Shown: positions 28,236 to 37,283, counted from the first letter of the stretch. The stretch is DNA of 64,000 nucleotides from Candidatus Latescibacterota bacterium (GCA_965219995.1 CBDCOX010000002.1:288001-352000), one strand, 5' to 3'. The notes: a model not told the origin generated them from the sequence alone. Translations and numbers: made by a program.

Positions 28236-30053
28236 ATGACACGAAAGCCCGTCTGTGTTGTTGTGTTCGTTCTTCTGGTTTCCTGGGGTGCGGCGCAAGG
28301 CGAAACGCCGCGTCTCGAAGTGTCGGTCGACCGGACGCGCGTGGAAGTGGGCGATCAGGTCACGCTTACTGTGACGTTGACGGCCGAAGGCGACGTCCCC
28401 GCGCCGGAACTGCCGGTTCCTGACGGATTCGACGTGATCGGGCGTTCGACGTATACGACCCAGGCGCTCAATATTACGAATGGCCGCGTCGTAACCACGC
28501 GTAACAACTCGTACGTATATTCCCTTCGGGCGACGCGCGATGGCAGCTTCCGGATCGGGCCGGCGCACGTGATGTACGAGGGCAGACGACACGAGTCCTC
28601 AACGGCACAGGTGAACGTGGTCAAGCGCGGAGGGCGGCCGCACACCCGACCGGCGCCAGGACAGTCCCGCCGCGGTCCCGATGCGGAGGCATTGGAGGAG
28701 GACCTGTTCGTTACCGCGACGGTGGACAAGGAAAGGGTGTTTGTGGGAGAGCAGGTTACCGTCACTTATATGCTTTATACACGCCGGACACTGCGAAACA
28801 TCGGCTACGGCAGCATGCCCACTTATACCGGTTTCTGGTCGGAGACCCTGTTTGACGCGCAGCGCGCCAGTTTTGACCGGGAGATCCACAACGGCCGCGA
28901 GTACCGCGTCATGCGGTTGAAGACGATTGCGTTGTTTCCCACCGCGTCCGGAGAGCAGGCCATTGACGAGCTTGAAGTCGTCTGCCAGGTACAGGACCGC
29001 ACACGGCGCCGGAATCTGTTCGATATGGACGATTTCTTCGGTTTCGGTGACAGCCGTGAAGTTCGCGCACGATCCGCGCGCGTGAAGATTGACGTCTCCC
29101 CGCTGCCCGGTGGCGCTCCGCCCGGGTTTCGCGGAGCGGTGGGCAGGTTCGACCTGGCGATTGAGGCCAGTCCCTTGTCCGTGGAGGCCGGTGATCCCAT
29201 CGCGGTGAAGGTGAACGTGCGCGGCACGGGAAACATGAATGGCGTCGGTGAGCCCGTTCGTCCGGCCGGAAACGCGTTCAAGTTCTACGACCCAAAGACA
29301 ACAGTAAACGCGGGAAACACGAACGGTCGCATCGGTGGTGAAAAGAGTTTTGAGTACGTCGCAATTCCCGGCCGCCCGGGCAGCTCGAGAATCGGTCCGT
29401 TCGTATTGCCCTATTTCGATCCTGAGAGAAACCGTTACCTTACGGCGCGAACACAGGAAGTTTCGGTAACCGTGAAGCCGGGCAGGCAGCAGGCCGATTC
29501 CGGACCCGTTCTCAGCCGGAAAGAGATCGAGAGGCTCGGACAGGATATTCGGCACCTGAAACCGGATCTCGACAATCTGGAAGATCACGGAATGCAGCTT
29601 TACAAGAATACCTGGTTCTGGGCGATTCAATCCGTGCCTGTTCTCGGTCTGCTCGGGATCGTCGCGTTAAAACGCCGGCGGGACCGGCTCATGGGAGATG
29701 TGGCCTACGCCCGAAGGCGCCGCTCCGGTTCGGAGGCGAGGAGGCGTCTGATGCGGGCCCGGGCGCGCCTCGCCGAAAAGGACGGCGTGGCGTTTTATGT
29801 TGAAATCGATCGGGCGCTGGGCCAATTCTTGGCGGATCGGCTGAATCTGCCGGTCGCGGGCATGACCCGCGAGTCCGCCGCGCAGGCGCTCCGCGAGAAG
29901 GAGGTGCCGGATTCCATTGTGTCCGAAGCGAGGGAAGTCTTCCGGCGTTGCGACTACGCGCGATTCGCCTCGGTCCGGATACCCGAGAAGGAACGGAAGG
30001 AACTCTTCGACGCGGCGGCGGCATTGATCGATGCGCTGGGAGCCAGGATATGA
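28236..30053 (+). CDS. batD: BatD protein
   Basis: SVDRTRVEVGD, VFVGEQV, GFW, GAVGRF, GTGN, YFDP, C-terminal ARFA. Confidence 0.85.
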   Translation: MTRKPVCVVVFVLLVSWGAAQGETPRLEVSVDRTRVEVGDQVTLTVTLTAEGDVPAPELPVPDGFDVIGRSTYTTQALNITNGRVVTTRNNSYVYSLRATRDGSFRIGPAHVMYEGRRHESSTAQVNVVKRGGRPHTRPAPGQSRRGPDAEALEEDLFVTATVDKERVFVGEQVTVTYMLYTRRTLRNIGYGSMPTYTGFWSETLFDAQRASFDREIHNGREYRVMRLKTIALFPTASGEQAIDELEVVCQVQDRTRRRNLFDMDDFFGFGDSREVRARSARVKIDVSPLPGGAPPGFRGAVGRFDLAIEASPLSVEAGDPIAVKVNVRGTGNMNGVGEPVRPAGNAFKFYDPKTTVNAGNTNGRIGGEKSFEYVAIPGRPGSSRIGPFVLPYFDPERNRYLTARTQEVSVTVKPGRQQADSGPVLSRKEIERLGQDIRHLKPDLDNLEDHGMQLYKNTWFWAIQSVPVLGLLGIVALKRRRDRLMGDVAYARRRRSGSEARRRLMRARARLAEKDGVAFYVEIDRALGQFLADRLNLPVAGMTRESAAQALREKEVPDSIVSEAREVFRRCDYARFASVRIPEKERKELFDAAAALIDALGARI

Positions 30054-30877
30054 CGTGCGTACGCGCGCCGGCCCGCCGGCTGTGGAGGCATCGCAGGGCA
30101 TTGGTAACCGGCATCTCCTCCCAGGTTCCGGTTGCGTGGGCGGTAATAGCCGTGCTTCTGTTTGTCGGCACCGCAGGGAGCGCCGGGACCGTCGCGCAGG
30201 GTTACAATGAGGCGAATGCTCTTTACAGGCAGGGTGAATTCAGGGAGGCGGCGAGTCGGTACGAAGAAGTGGTGTCGCAGGGTGTTCGGAATGGCAACGT
30301 TTTTTTCAATCTGGGCAATGCCTGGTTCAAGGCAGGTGAAATCGGCCAGGCCATTCTGGCCTATGAGCGGGCCCTGAAGCTGATGCCGGGCGATGAAGAC
30401 GTGCTCTTGAACCTGCAATTTGTGAACGCCCGCAAAGAAGACAAGAGTCCGGAAGAGGACGACAATCTTCTAACCCGCGTGCTGTCGTCGGCTTACCGCG
30501 TGCTGAGCGCGGATGTGCTGGCCGTATTGAGCAGCATCAGCCTGTTTTTGATGTCGGCGGCGGCTGTTCTTTGGCTATATTCGACGTCTCGCCGTTCCCT
30601 ATGGATCGGGCTGCTGGTACTGGCGGGCGCGGGGTTGTGCGGTTCAGGCTCCCTGCTGACGTACAGGGCCTATAGCGAGACGTCGGCCTCGGAAGCGATT
30701 GTTCTGGCGGACGAGGTACAGGGACGAAGCGGCCCCGGGAACGACTACCTGCTCGTTTTTACGATCCATGAAGGAACGAAGGTGGCCGTCGAACGGCTGG
30801 AAAGCCGCTGGTATCTGGTACGACTGCCAAACGGGATCGGCGGGTGGGTGCCGGGGGAGACGGTGGAGAGAATCTGA
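30050..30877 (+). CDS. batE: BatE TPR + SH3 protein
   Basis: FFNLGNAWFK, AILAYERAL, two TMs, HEGTKV, GWVP. Confidence 0.85.
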   Translation: MTCVRAPARRLWRHRRALVTGISSQVPVAWAVIAVLLFVGTAGSAGTVAQGYNEANALYRQGEFREAASRYEEVVSQGVRNGNVFFNLGNAWFKAGEIGQAILAYERALKLMPGDEDVLLNLQFVNARKEDKSPEEDDNLLTRVLSSAYRVLSADVLAVLSSISLFLMSAAAVLWLYSTSRRSLWIGLLVLAGAGLCGSGSLLTYRAYSETSASEAIVLADEVQGRSGPGNDYLLVFTIHEGTKVAVERLESRWYLVRLPNGIGGWVPGETVERI

Positions 30878-30988
30878 AGTGCGCATCGCCCGCTCAGAAG
30901 GCGACGGTGCGCTCGATGGGGGCCGTCAGCAACAGAAACGACCCGTTTTCCGAATCGTGTCTGTATCTGATTTGCACCAGGGGTCTGC

Positions 30989-32335
30989 ATGATGCCTTAT
31001 AGCGCCTGGTTTCGGTGTTTCAGAGGATGCGGCGGTCGTTATCCGCTCACGCAGATCATCTACGCGTGTCCGAAGTGCGGCGGCCTGCTCGAGGTGCGCC
31101 ACGATGTGGAGGCGCTGCGTGCCGGTTCCCCGGAGTATTGGCGCCGGCTGTTCGATAGCAGGTACATGCGCACGCAATGGCCGTACGGCAGCTCGGTCTG
31201 GGGCAAGAAGGAGATGGTCTGCCCCGTGGTGGACGACGACAACGTGGTCTCGATGTATGAAGGGGGAAGCAATCTGTTCTGGGCGGAGCGCCTCGGACGC
31301 GAGATTGGTGTGGAGGACCTGTGGGTCAAGCAATGCGGAAACAGCCACACCGGTTCGTTCAAGGATCTGGGAATGACGGTGCTGGTATCGATGGTAAAGC
31401 AGATGGTCGCGGAGGGCCAGCGCATCCCGGCTGCCGCGTGCGCATCGACCGGAGACACGTCGGCGGCACTGGCCGCGTATTGCGCGCACGCGGGCATACA
31501 GGCGGTTGTATTCCTGCCACGGGACAAGGTCTCCACGGCCCAGCTGGTGCAGCCGATGTCCAACAACGCGCTCGTGCTGAGCCTGGATACGGATTTCGAC
31601 GGGTGCATGAAACTCGTTCAGGAGATATGCCACAGGGAGAACATCTACCTGGCCAACTCGATGAACTCGCTTCGCGTGGAGGGCCAGAAAACCGTCAGCG
31701 TGGAGTTGCTCCAGCAATTCGATTGGGACCTGCCGCAATGGATCGTGGTTCCCGGTGGCAACCTGGGAAACGTCAGCGCACTGGGCAAGGGGTTCAGTGA
31801 GCTGCGGGAGATGGGGCTGATCGACCACGTGCCTCGAATCGCGGTTGCCCAGAGCGCGCGGGCGAATCCACTTTATCGCAGCTACCGCAGCGGTTTCGAT
31901 TCCTTTGAGCCGCAAACGGCCGGAACGACTCTGGCCAGTGCCATCCAGATCGGGGATCCGGTCAGTACCGAGAAGGCGATCCGGACTCTGAAAAACATCG
32001 GCGGCGTGGTGGAGCAGGCAACGGACCAGGAACTGGCGGATGCGGCTGCTCGGGCGGATCGAACCGGGTTGTTTTCGTGTCCGCATACGGGAGTGGCCTT
32101 TGCGGCGCTGTTCAAGCTGGTCGAACGAGGCGTCATTCGAAAAGATGAGCGGGTCGTGGTCATATCCACCGCGCATGGACTGAAATTCACCGAGTTCAAG
32201 ATCGGGTACCATCAGGCGCAGCTGGCATCGTTCGACGTAGACCCGACCCATGCGAATCTGCCCGTGGAGTTGCCGGCGGAATACGGACCGGTTCGGGACC
32301 GGATCTTTCGCACGCTTGATCTGAACGGTGGTTGA
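30989..32335 (+). CDS. thrC: Threonine synthase, plant-type
   Basis: PLP-lysine [55 protein letters not shown]; [11 protein letters not shown] as in plant enzymes. Confidence 0.92.
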   Translation: MMPYSAWFRCFRGCGGRYPLTQIIYACPKCGGLLEVRHDVEALRAGSPEYWRRLFDSRYMRTQWPYGSSVWGKKEMVCPVVDDDNVVSMYEGGSNLFWAERLGREIGVEDLWVKQCGNSHTGSFKDLGMTVLVSMVKQMVAEGQRIPAAACASTGDTSAALAAYCAHAGIQAVVFLPRDKVSTAQLVQPMSNNALVLSLDTDFDGCMKLVQEICHRENIYLANSMNSLRVEGQKTVSVELLQQFDWDLPQWIVVPGGNLGNVSALGKGFSELREMGLIDHVPRIAVAQSARANPLYRSYRSGFDSFEPQTAGTTLASAIQIGDPVSTEKAIRTLKNIGGVVEQATDQELADAAARADRTGLFSCPHTGVAFAALFKLVERGVIRKDERVVVISTAHGLKFTEFKIGYHQAQLASFDVDPTHANLPVELPAEYGPVRDRIFRTLDLNGG

Positions 32336-32360
32336 CAGAGATGTAAGAATTGGTTACATT
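32332..32360 (+). promoter_or_regulatory. sigma70 promoter for the SAM-II leader and metB
   Basis: TTGACA-N17-TACATT. Confidence 0.8.
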
Positions 32361-32377
32361 GGTTGCCCATGTTCAGC

Positions 32378-32430
32378 GTAGTGGTGATTTGAGGCATATT
32401 GCAGCCACTATAAAGAAATCGCTAAAAAGC
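32378..32430 (+). ncRNA. SAM-II (SAM-alpha-type) riboswitch aptamer
   Basis: GTAGTGG-TGATTTG..TTGCAG-CCACTAT-AAAGAAATC-GCTAAAAAG fits the SAM-II consensus; lies upstream of a Met-pathway gene. Confidence 0.88.
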
Positions 32431-32468
32431 TGATGACCGGTACGATCGATGCCTGCGTATTCAGGTTC

Positions 32469-32499
32469 TCTGGGGCTTTTTAGCTTCAGATTTTTTTTT
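32469..32499 (+). terminator. Riboswitch-controlled intrinsic terminator
   Basis: TCTGGGGCT-TTTT-AGCTTCAGA then T9; its GCTTTTTAGC is complementary to aptamer GCTAAAAAGC. Confidence 0.8.
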
Positions 32500-32517
32500 G
32501 TGGATACGGAGGAGGCA

Positions 32518-33711
32518 ATGAAAAAAAGCCCATCGACGGATGGCGACTGCAGTTCCACCCGTGCGGTCCACGCCGGAGAAAAGGGCGGTCATTGGGGCCA
32601 TTCCCTCACCGTCCCGATCGCGCAAACGTCGACCTACGTGTTCGAGAATACGGAGGCGGTGGACGATTTCGTGTCCGGGCGATCGCCCCGCCTCGACTAC
32701 GGGCGCTACGGTAACCCGACCCAGCAGATTGCGGAGCGTAAACTGGCCGAGCTCGAGGGAGGCGATGCGGCGCTGTTGTTTTCGTCCGGCATGAGCGCCG
32801 TAACAACGACGCTTCTTGGCATGTTGTCCACGGGTCACCACGCCGTGATTGCGGACGACTGCTATCGAAAGACCGCTCAGTTCTGCGAACAGGTGCTGAA
32901 AAAGTTCGGAATCGCCACAACCTTTGTACCAGCGGGTGACTATGAGCGGTTGGCTTCGGCCATGCAGGAGAATACGAGGGTCGTGATTGCGGAGTCTCCG
33001 ACCAATCCGCATCTGAACGTGATGGACCTGGAAAGGGTTGTTCCCATCGCAAGGTCAAACCGTGCGAAGGTCGTAATAGACAGCACGTTTGCCACACCGT
33101 TCAACCAGCGTCCCCTCGAGTTCGGCGTCGACCTGGTCATTCACAGCGCAACCAAGTACCTGGGGGGCCATAACGACCTGATTGCAGGCGTTGTAATCGG
33201 CCCCGAGCCCCTGGTATCGGCTATAAAGGACTATCGAGGTATCCTGGGCGGGGTGATCGACCCCCACTGTGCCTATCTGCTGATCAGAGGCATCAAGACA
33301 TTTCCATTGAGGATGGCGCGTCAGAACGAAACGGCGCTGGCGCTCGCCCGCTTTCTGGAAGGGAACGTCAAGGTGCGCCAGGTATACTATCCCGGTCTGG
33401 AGAACCACCCGCACCACGGGGTCGCGCGGGAACAAATGCGTGGGTACGGCGGTGTGGTGAGTTTCGACCTCGATGCGGATCTGGGCGGAACCATGGCGTT
33501 CCTGGATCGCCTGAAGGTCCCGTGCATCGGGGCGAGCCTGGGCGGCGTGGAGAGTATCGTCTCCCATCCGTCAACCATTTCCTACTATGAAATGGCGCGG
33601 GAAGACCGGATCGCCGTCGGGATCAAAGACGAACTGGTACGCTATTCCGTTGGTGTCGAGGACGCGAAAGACCTGATCGAAGACATGGAACGGGCCCTCG
33701 AGGCCATTTAA
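32518..33711 (+). CDS. metB: Cystathionine gamma-synthase, plant-type
   Basis: GGAGGAGG RBS; YGRYGNPT, SSGM, DCYRKT, ESPTNP, HSATKYLGGHND, SLGGVES. Confidence 0.8.
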   Translation: MKKSPSTDGDCSSTRAVHAGEKGGHWGHSLTVPIAQTSTYVFENTEAVDDFVSGRSPRLDYGRYGNPTQQIAERKLAELEGGDAALLFSSGMSAVTTTLLGMLSTGHHAVIADDCYRKTAQFCEQVLKKFGIATTFVPAGDYERLASAMQENTRVVIAESPTNPHLNVMDLERVVPIARSNRAKVVIDSTFATPFNQRPLEFGVDLVIHSATKYLGGHNDLIAGVVIGPEPLVSAIKDYRGILGGVIDPHCAYLLIRGIKTFPLRMARQNETALALARFLEGNVKVRQVYYPGLENHPHHGVAREQMRGYGGVVSFDLDADLGGTMAFLDRLKVPCIGASLGGVESIVSHPSTISYYEMAREDRIAVGIKDELVRYSVGVEDAKDLIEDMERALEAI

Positions 33712-33734
33712 CGAGATTAGGGAGCGAGGCCGCG

Positions 33735-34511
33735 GTGACGCGGCCCTTCGAATGTATGTTCGGTCCGTTTCTGATGTTTGCTTTGCGGGCGCCGTTACAG
33801 GACGTGCGCTGGAGGCAGAAGATCCTGCTGGGGGGGTTGCTGTCCCTGCTGCCAAGTCTGGCGCTGCTCCTCGCCGTCTTTATGGCGCTCGGGAAAGTCA
33901 CCGTGTTGCTGACGCCCGTCGCGGTGGTATTCTTCATATTTCCGACGCTCGTTTCCTGGGGGTATATATATCGGATCTTTGTCGACGCGTTAAACGGAAT
34001 GGAGTTCAGGAAACTGCCCGATTGGGGCGCATGGAAGCAATACGCGGGCGTGGGAGTGCGGCTGGGCGTTATTTTCTTCGGATATCTGTTTCTGGCCGGC
34101 CTGGGCGCGCTTGCCGTTATGGCAGTCCTGGGACTGGTACCGCCCGGAGAAGATCCGGCCCGGCTCAGCGCGGTCACACTAGTCGTAATCGTCGCCGCAA
34201 TGCTGCTCTACGGGCTCCTGCCCGTGGTATTTGCGAGGTTTGCAGCCGAGCGCAAGATATGGGCTTCATTCGATCCCGGCGCAATCCTGTCGGACATTCG
34301 GCGGGTGATTCGGGGCGGGAAGTATACACAGGCGTGTCTTGCGTTTTATCTCACTTACGGAATGCTGCTCTTCGTGAACCTGCTGCTGGGAGCCGTACCG
34401 CCGGTGGCGATGTTCATCGGTTCGATTGGCTCGTTCTACCTGATGGTGGTTTTTGCCTGGGTATTCGGATGGCTGCTCGGGGTCAGGGGCGCGGAGCGTT
34501 CAGACCGGTAA
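33735..34511 (+). CDS. Membrane protein, DUF4013-like
   Basis: KILLGG, WGY.YR, LPDWG.W....G, several TM helices. Confidence 0.6.
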   Translation: MTRPFECMFGPFLMFALRAPLQDVRWRQKILLGGLLSLLPSLALLLAVFMALGKVTVLLTPVAVVFFIFPTLVSWGYIYRIFVDALNGMEFRKLPDWGAWKQYAGVGVRLGVIFFGYLFLAGLGALAVMAVLGLVPPGEDPARLSAVTLVVIVAAMLLYGLLPVVFARFAAERKIWASFDPGAILSDIRRVIRGGKYTQACLAFYLTYGMLLFVNLLLGAVPPVAMFIGSIGSFYLMVVFAWVFGWLLGVRGAERSDR

Positions 34512-34583
34512 CTTCGTTCTTCGGCTGCCTGGGACTCGGGGTGCGGCCGGACATCGCGGTCGCGCGCCTTGTCTTCGGCCACA

Positions 34584-34626
34584 ATGAATCGGCGGAAGAA
34601 TGGTGAGGTATTTTCGGGACAGGACA
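34584..34626. mobile_element. MITE copy 3 (one end only)
   Basis: ATGAATCGGCGGAAGAATGGTGAGGTATTTTCGGGACAGGACA matches the end of copies 1 and 2. Confidence 0.75.
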
Positions 34627-34631
34627 TCGGA

Positions 34632-35546
34632 TCAGACCTGCGCCCAGGCAGCGTCGAGAACTCTTTTTGCATTGGCGATGACGATTTCAGCTGACTCTCC
34701 CTCCATCGGAGAAACTTCGAAGCTGAGAATGGGGCGTTTCTCAGGATTCAGAAAACCGATGTCGAGCAGTTCACTGAGGAATTCAACGGCTTCGGGAATG
34801 TCGTTCTCGCCGTCTTCGCAACCGAATCGGGGGTGGTTGTCCCCGTATGCCGGATGATTGGGGTTCCGCATCACGCAGTTGCCGATATGGGCATGAACCA
34901 GGTGGTCGCGAGCGACTCGAAGCGCATATTCCGAGGTTTCGCCCTGCAGGGGGAAATGACTCAGGTCCAGCATCAATCCAAAGTTCGGGTACTCCCGCCT
35001 TACCCTGGAAGAAACTTCGACCGCCAGCGCATTCGGACCGACGAGACAGTTCTTGCCAAAGGGCACGCGATCGAATGTCTCGAGTACGATGTTCATGTTT
35101 CTGGCGGCCGCTTCTTCGCAAAGGCGATAGAGAGAGTCGACCAGCAGGTCCACGCCCCGCTCGCGGGCTCCGGGACCGGGATCGGCGCCCGAAAGCAGGG
35201 CAACCCCCGGGGCCCCCAGCGCTTCGGCCTGCCGGATGCCCGCGATGACCGCGTCCACCGCGCCGAGCCTGTGGTCCTCGTCTTCGTCGTTGATGTTCAG
35301 GTTGCCGCCAAGAAGAATCGGTTGGGCGCCGAAGGCCACGTCCAAATGGGCGGCCTCCAGCAGTTCGGCGGCTTCCGCAAGTACCCCTTCGTCCTTCATA
35401 TGGGTGACTTCCACCGCCTGGAAATAGGGATCGAGCGCGATCCTTTCGAGTGTCTCCACAATCGGGCCGTCGCCGCCGATGCAGGATTTGTAGGCCATAA
35501 AGTGTACGATGCCGATTCGAGCGTAGTTCTGAATGGGTTCGGTCAC
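34632..35546 (-). CDS. Sugar phosphate isomerase/epimerase (xylose isomerase-like TIM barrel)
   Basis: GIVHFMA, LETFD, LDLSH, HAHIGN, GDNHP, SFEV metal-ligand pattern. Confidence 0.85.
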   Translation of the reverse strand: MTEPIQNYARIGIVHFMAYKSCIGGDGPIVETLERIALDPYFQAVEVTHMKDEGVLAEAAELLEAAHLDVAFGAQPILLGGNLNINDEDEDHRLGAVDAVIAGIRQAEALGAPGVALLSGADPGPGARERGVDLLVDSLYRLCEEAAARNMNIVLETFDRVPFGKNCLVGPNALAVEVSSRVRREYPNFGLMLDLSHFPLQGETSEYALRVARDHLVHAHIGNCVMRNPNHPAYGDNHPRFGCEDGENDIPEAVEFLSELLDIGFLNPEKRPILSFEVSPMEGESAEIVIANAKRVLDAAWAQV

Positions 35547-35762
35547 AACAACGACTCCTTTCCTGCCTCGCGATTTCGTGGGTCCGAATCGTGAGGGGAG
35601 CGACTTGGTAAACGGGCATGCGAGGCCGATTCCTTATCAGCCGGAACGCGGCGGGCAGACGGTTCGGTCGAATGCCCGGGGAGGCATCGGCGCTGGAGGA
35701 ATGGCGGGGCAAAAATACGCATTCATGCCGGTTTTGTCAAACGGCAATTCGCACTTTTCCGC

Positions 35763-35791
35763 TTGACTTCAGGGACGTCGGCCTGTATTTT
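35763..35791 (+). promoter_or_regulatory. Candidate promoter of tRNA-Tyr
   Basis: TTGACT-N17-TATTTT. Confidence 0.6.
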
Positions 35792-35815
35792 TTCTCCTTC
35801 GATATTCCAGCCTGT

Positions 35816-35901
35816 GGGGAGGTACCCAAGCGGTCAACGGGGGCAGACTGTAAATCTGTTGGCTGACGCCTTCGGTGGTTCGAATCCGCCCCTCCCCACC
35901 A
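35816..35901 (+). tRNA. tRNA-Tyr(GTA)
   Basis: Acceptor GGGGAGG/CCTCCCC, anticodon loop CTGTAAA, long variable arm, GGTTCGAATCC, encoded CCA. Confidence 0.97.
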
Positions 35902-35916
35902 TTTTCCTGGCCCTGC

Positions 35917-35945
35917 GCCCCTCCTCACACGGGGGGCTTTTGTTG
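35917..35945 (+). terminator. Intrinsic terminator after tRNA-Tyr
   Basis: GCCCCTC-N7-GGGGGGC then TTTTGTT. Confidence 0.65.
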
Positions 35946-35964
35946 TCTGTCGCGCTTTTCGGCG

Positions 35965-36495
35965 TTCATCCCGTTCCTCCTGTCCACCCATGTCAATTGC
36001 AGCAGGTGAAAATGACTGCAAAAGACGCCAAACATGGATACACAGGATAGGCAGGATGAAAAGCAAAATTCGGAAAAAACCAACCTCAATTCGAAAAAAG
36101 ACAACCGAAAAATCAGCCACAAAAAGCACAAAAGACACAAAGGGCATGGCTGCGAAACGGCGTGTAGAGGTCGTTCAAAGGCCTGTATTCTCGGTTCACG
36201 TTCAGTGACCTGAAGGTTCCTGAAAATCCGACGTCAGATCGTCTTCATTCACCTGCATATTTTTCGTGTGTTTCGTAGGTCCAGGTGTTTGTATTTTCCC
36301 GCTTTTCGGTTTTTATCCTGTCCATCCTGTTTATCCATGTGAGTTGTGGTTTTTTGAATTCATGGGTTAGTCACGGTGTTTTCGTATTTTTCGCGTAATT
36401 CGTAGTTTCTGGTGTTCGATTTTTCCCGTTTTTTGATCTTTCATCCTGTCCATCCTGTTTATCCATGTGAGTTCTGGGTTTTTGAATTCATGAGT
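35965..36495. repeat. Cluster of 9-nt-period triplet repeats in inverted and tandem arrangement
   Basis: Type A at 35965(+), 36032(-), 36312(+), 36440(+); type B CACAAA x3 near 36118, TTCG x2 at 36263 and x3 at 36381; unit 36255-36365 duplicated at about 36381-36495. Confidence 0.8.
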
Positions 36496-36531
36496 GGTGA
36501 AGTTTGCGAGCGCGATTATTGACAAAAATTC

Positions 36532-36560
36532 TTGACATCCGTACACGTATATTATAACTT
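36532..36560 (+). promoter_or_regulatory. Promoter of the tRNA-Gly/Thr-rpmG-secE unit
   Basis: TTGACA-N17-TAACTT. Confidence 0.65.
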
Positions 36561-36631
36561 CTTAAGTCTGGAAACTTTCCGCGCCGGCATTCTTGCGTGT
36601 GCGGCCCGCAAGGAATCGTTTCCTGTTTTGC

Positions 36632-36708
36632 GCGGGAATAGCTCAGTTGGCTAGAGCGTCAGCCTTCCAAGCTGAATGTCGCGGGTTCGAGTCCCGTTTC
36701 CCGCTCCA
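36632..36708 (+). tRNA. tRNA-Gly(TCC)
   Basis: GCGGGAATAGCTCAG..CTTCCAA..GGTTCGAGTCC..TCCCGCTCCA. Confidence 0.97.
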
Positions 36709-36762
36709 ATTTCCTACGGGCTGCGTTATCAGCCTATTTCTGTCGTACAGACAGGGTACAGG

Positions 36763-36838
36763 GCCCATGTAGCTCAGTCGGTAGAGCACCTCCTTGGTAA
36801 GGAGGAGGTCACCGGTTCGAGTCCGGTCGTGGGCTCCA
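36763..36838 (+). tRNA. tRNA-Thr(GGT)
   Basis: GCCCATGTAGCTCAG..TTGGTAA..GGTTCGAGTCC..GGGCTCCA. Confidence 0.97.
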
Positions 36839-36860
36839 CAATAACGTCCGGTCCCCATCG

Positions 36861-37013
36861 ATGCCCAGAGATCTGATTACATTGGCATGCGCCGACTGCG
36901 CGCGCCGGAATTATACGACGAACAAGAATCGGCGATTACACCCGGACCGCGTCGAATTCAAGAAATATTGCAGGTTCTGTCGTAAGCATACCCTGCACCG
37001 GGAGACTCGCTGA
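36861..37013 (+). CDS. rpmG: 50S ribosomal protein L33 (Zn-ribbon form; below the ORF-track cutoff)
   Basis: [50 protein letters not shown]. Confidence 0.95.
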   Translation: MPRDLITLACADCARRNYTTNKNRRLHPDRVEFKKYCRFCRKHTLHRETR

Positions 37014-37044
37014 AATTTCATGAATCACTGCAGATTTTGGGGTT

Positions 37045-37120
37045 AGGGCAGTAGCTCAATTGGTAGAGCACCGGTCTCCAAAACCGGTGGTTGCGGGTTC
37101 GATTCCTGCCTGCCCTGCCA
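37045..37120 (+). tRNA. tRNA-Trp(CCA)
   Basis: AGGGCAGTAGCTCAA..CTCCAAA..GGTTCGATTCC..CTGCCCTGCCA. Confidence 0.97.
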
Positions 37121-37283
37121 TTTTCCTCCGAAACAGACACCTTACCCGCGCCTGAGTTCCGCTGGAAATTGCAGGAGCCGGGTTTCTTCTACGAATCCCC
37201 ATCTGCCTTTGTCGACTGCGGCATACGCGAGCCCGTTTCCGGGCTGTTTCAGGTGTTGGGACGTTTTCCTGGCGGTGTACCCG

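Noticed and set aside
35902-36631. Integrated element (prophage or island) at tRNA-Tyr
   Set aside because: No integrase and no duplicated tRNA 3' end; the short ORFs here are translated repeats.
37121-37283. 163-nt tRNA-Trp to secE spacer with short complementary blocks (GAAACAG/CTGTTTC, ACACCT/AGGTGT)
   Set aside because: The pairings are short and not nestable, with no known motif; too weak to call an RNA element.
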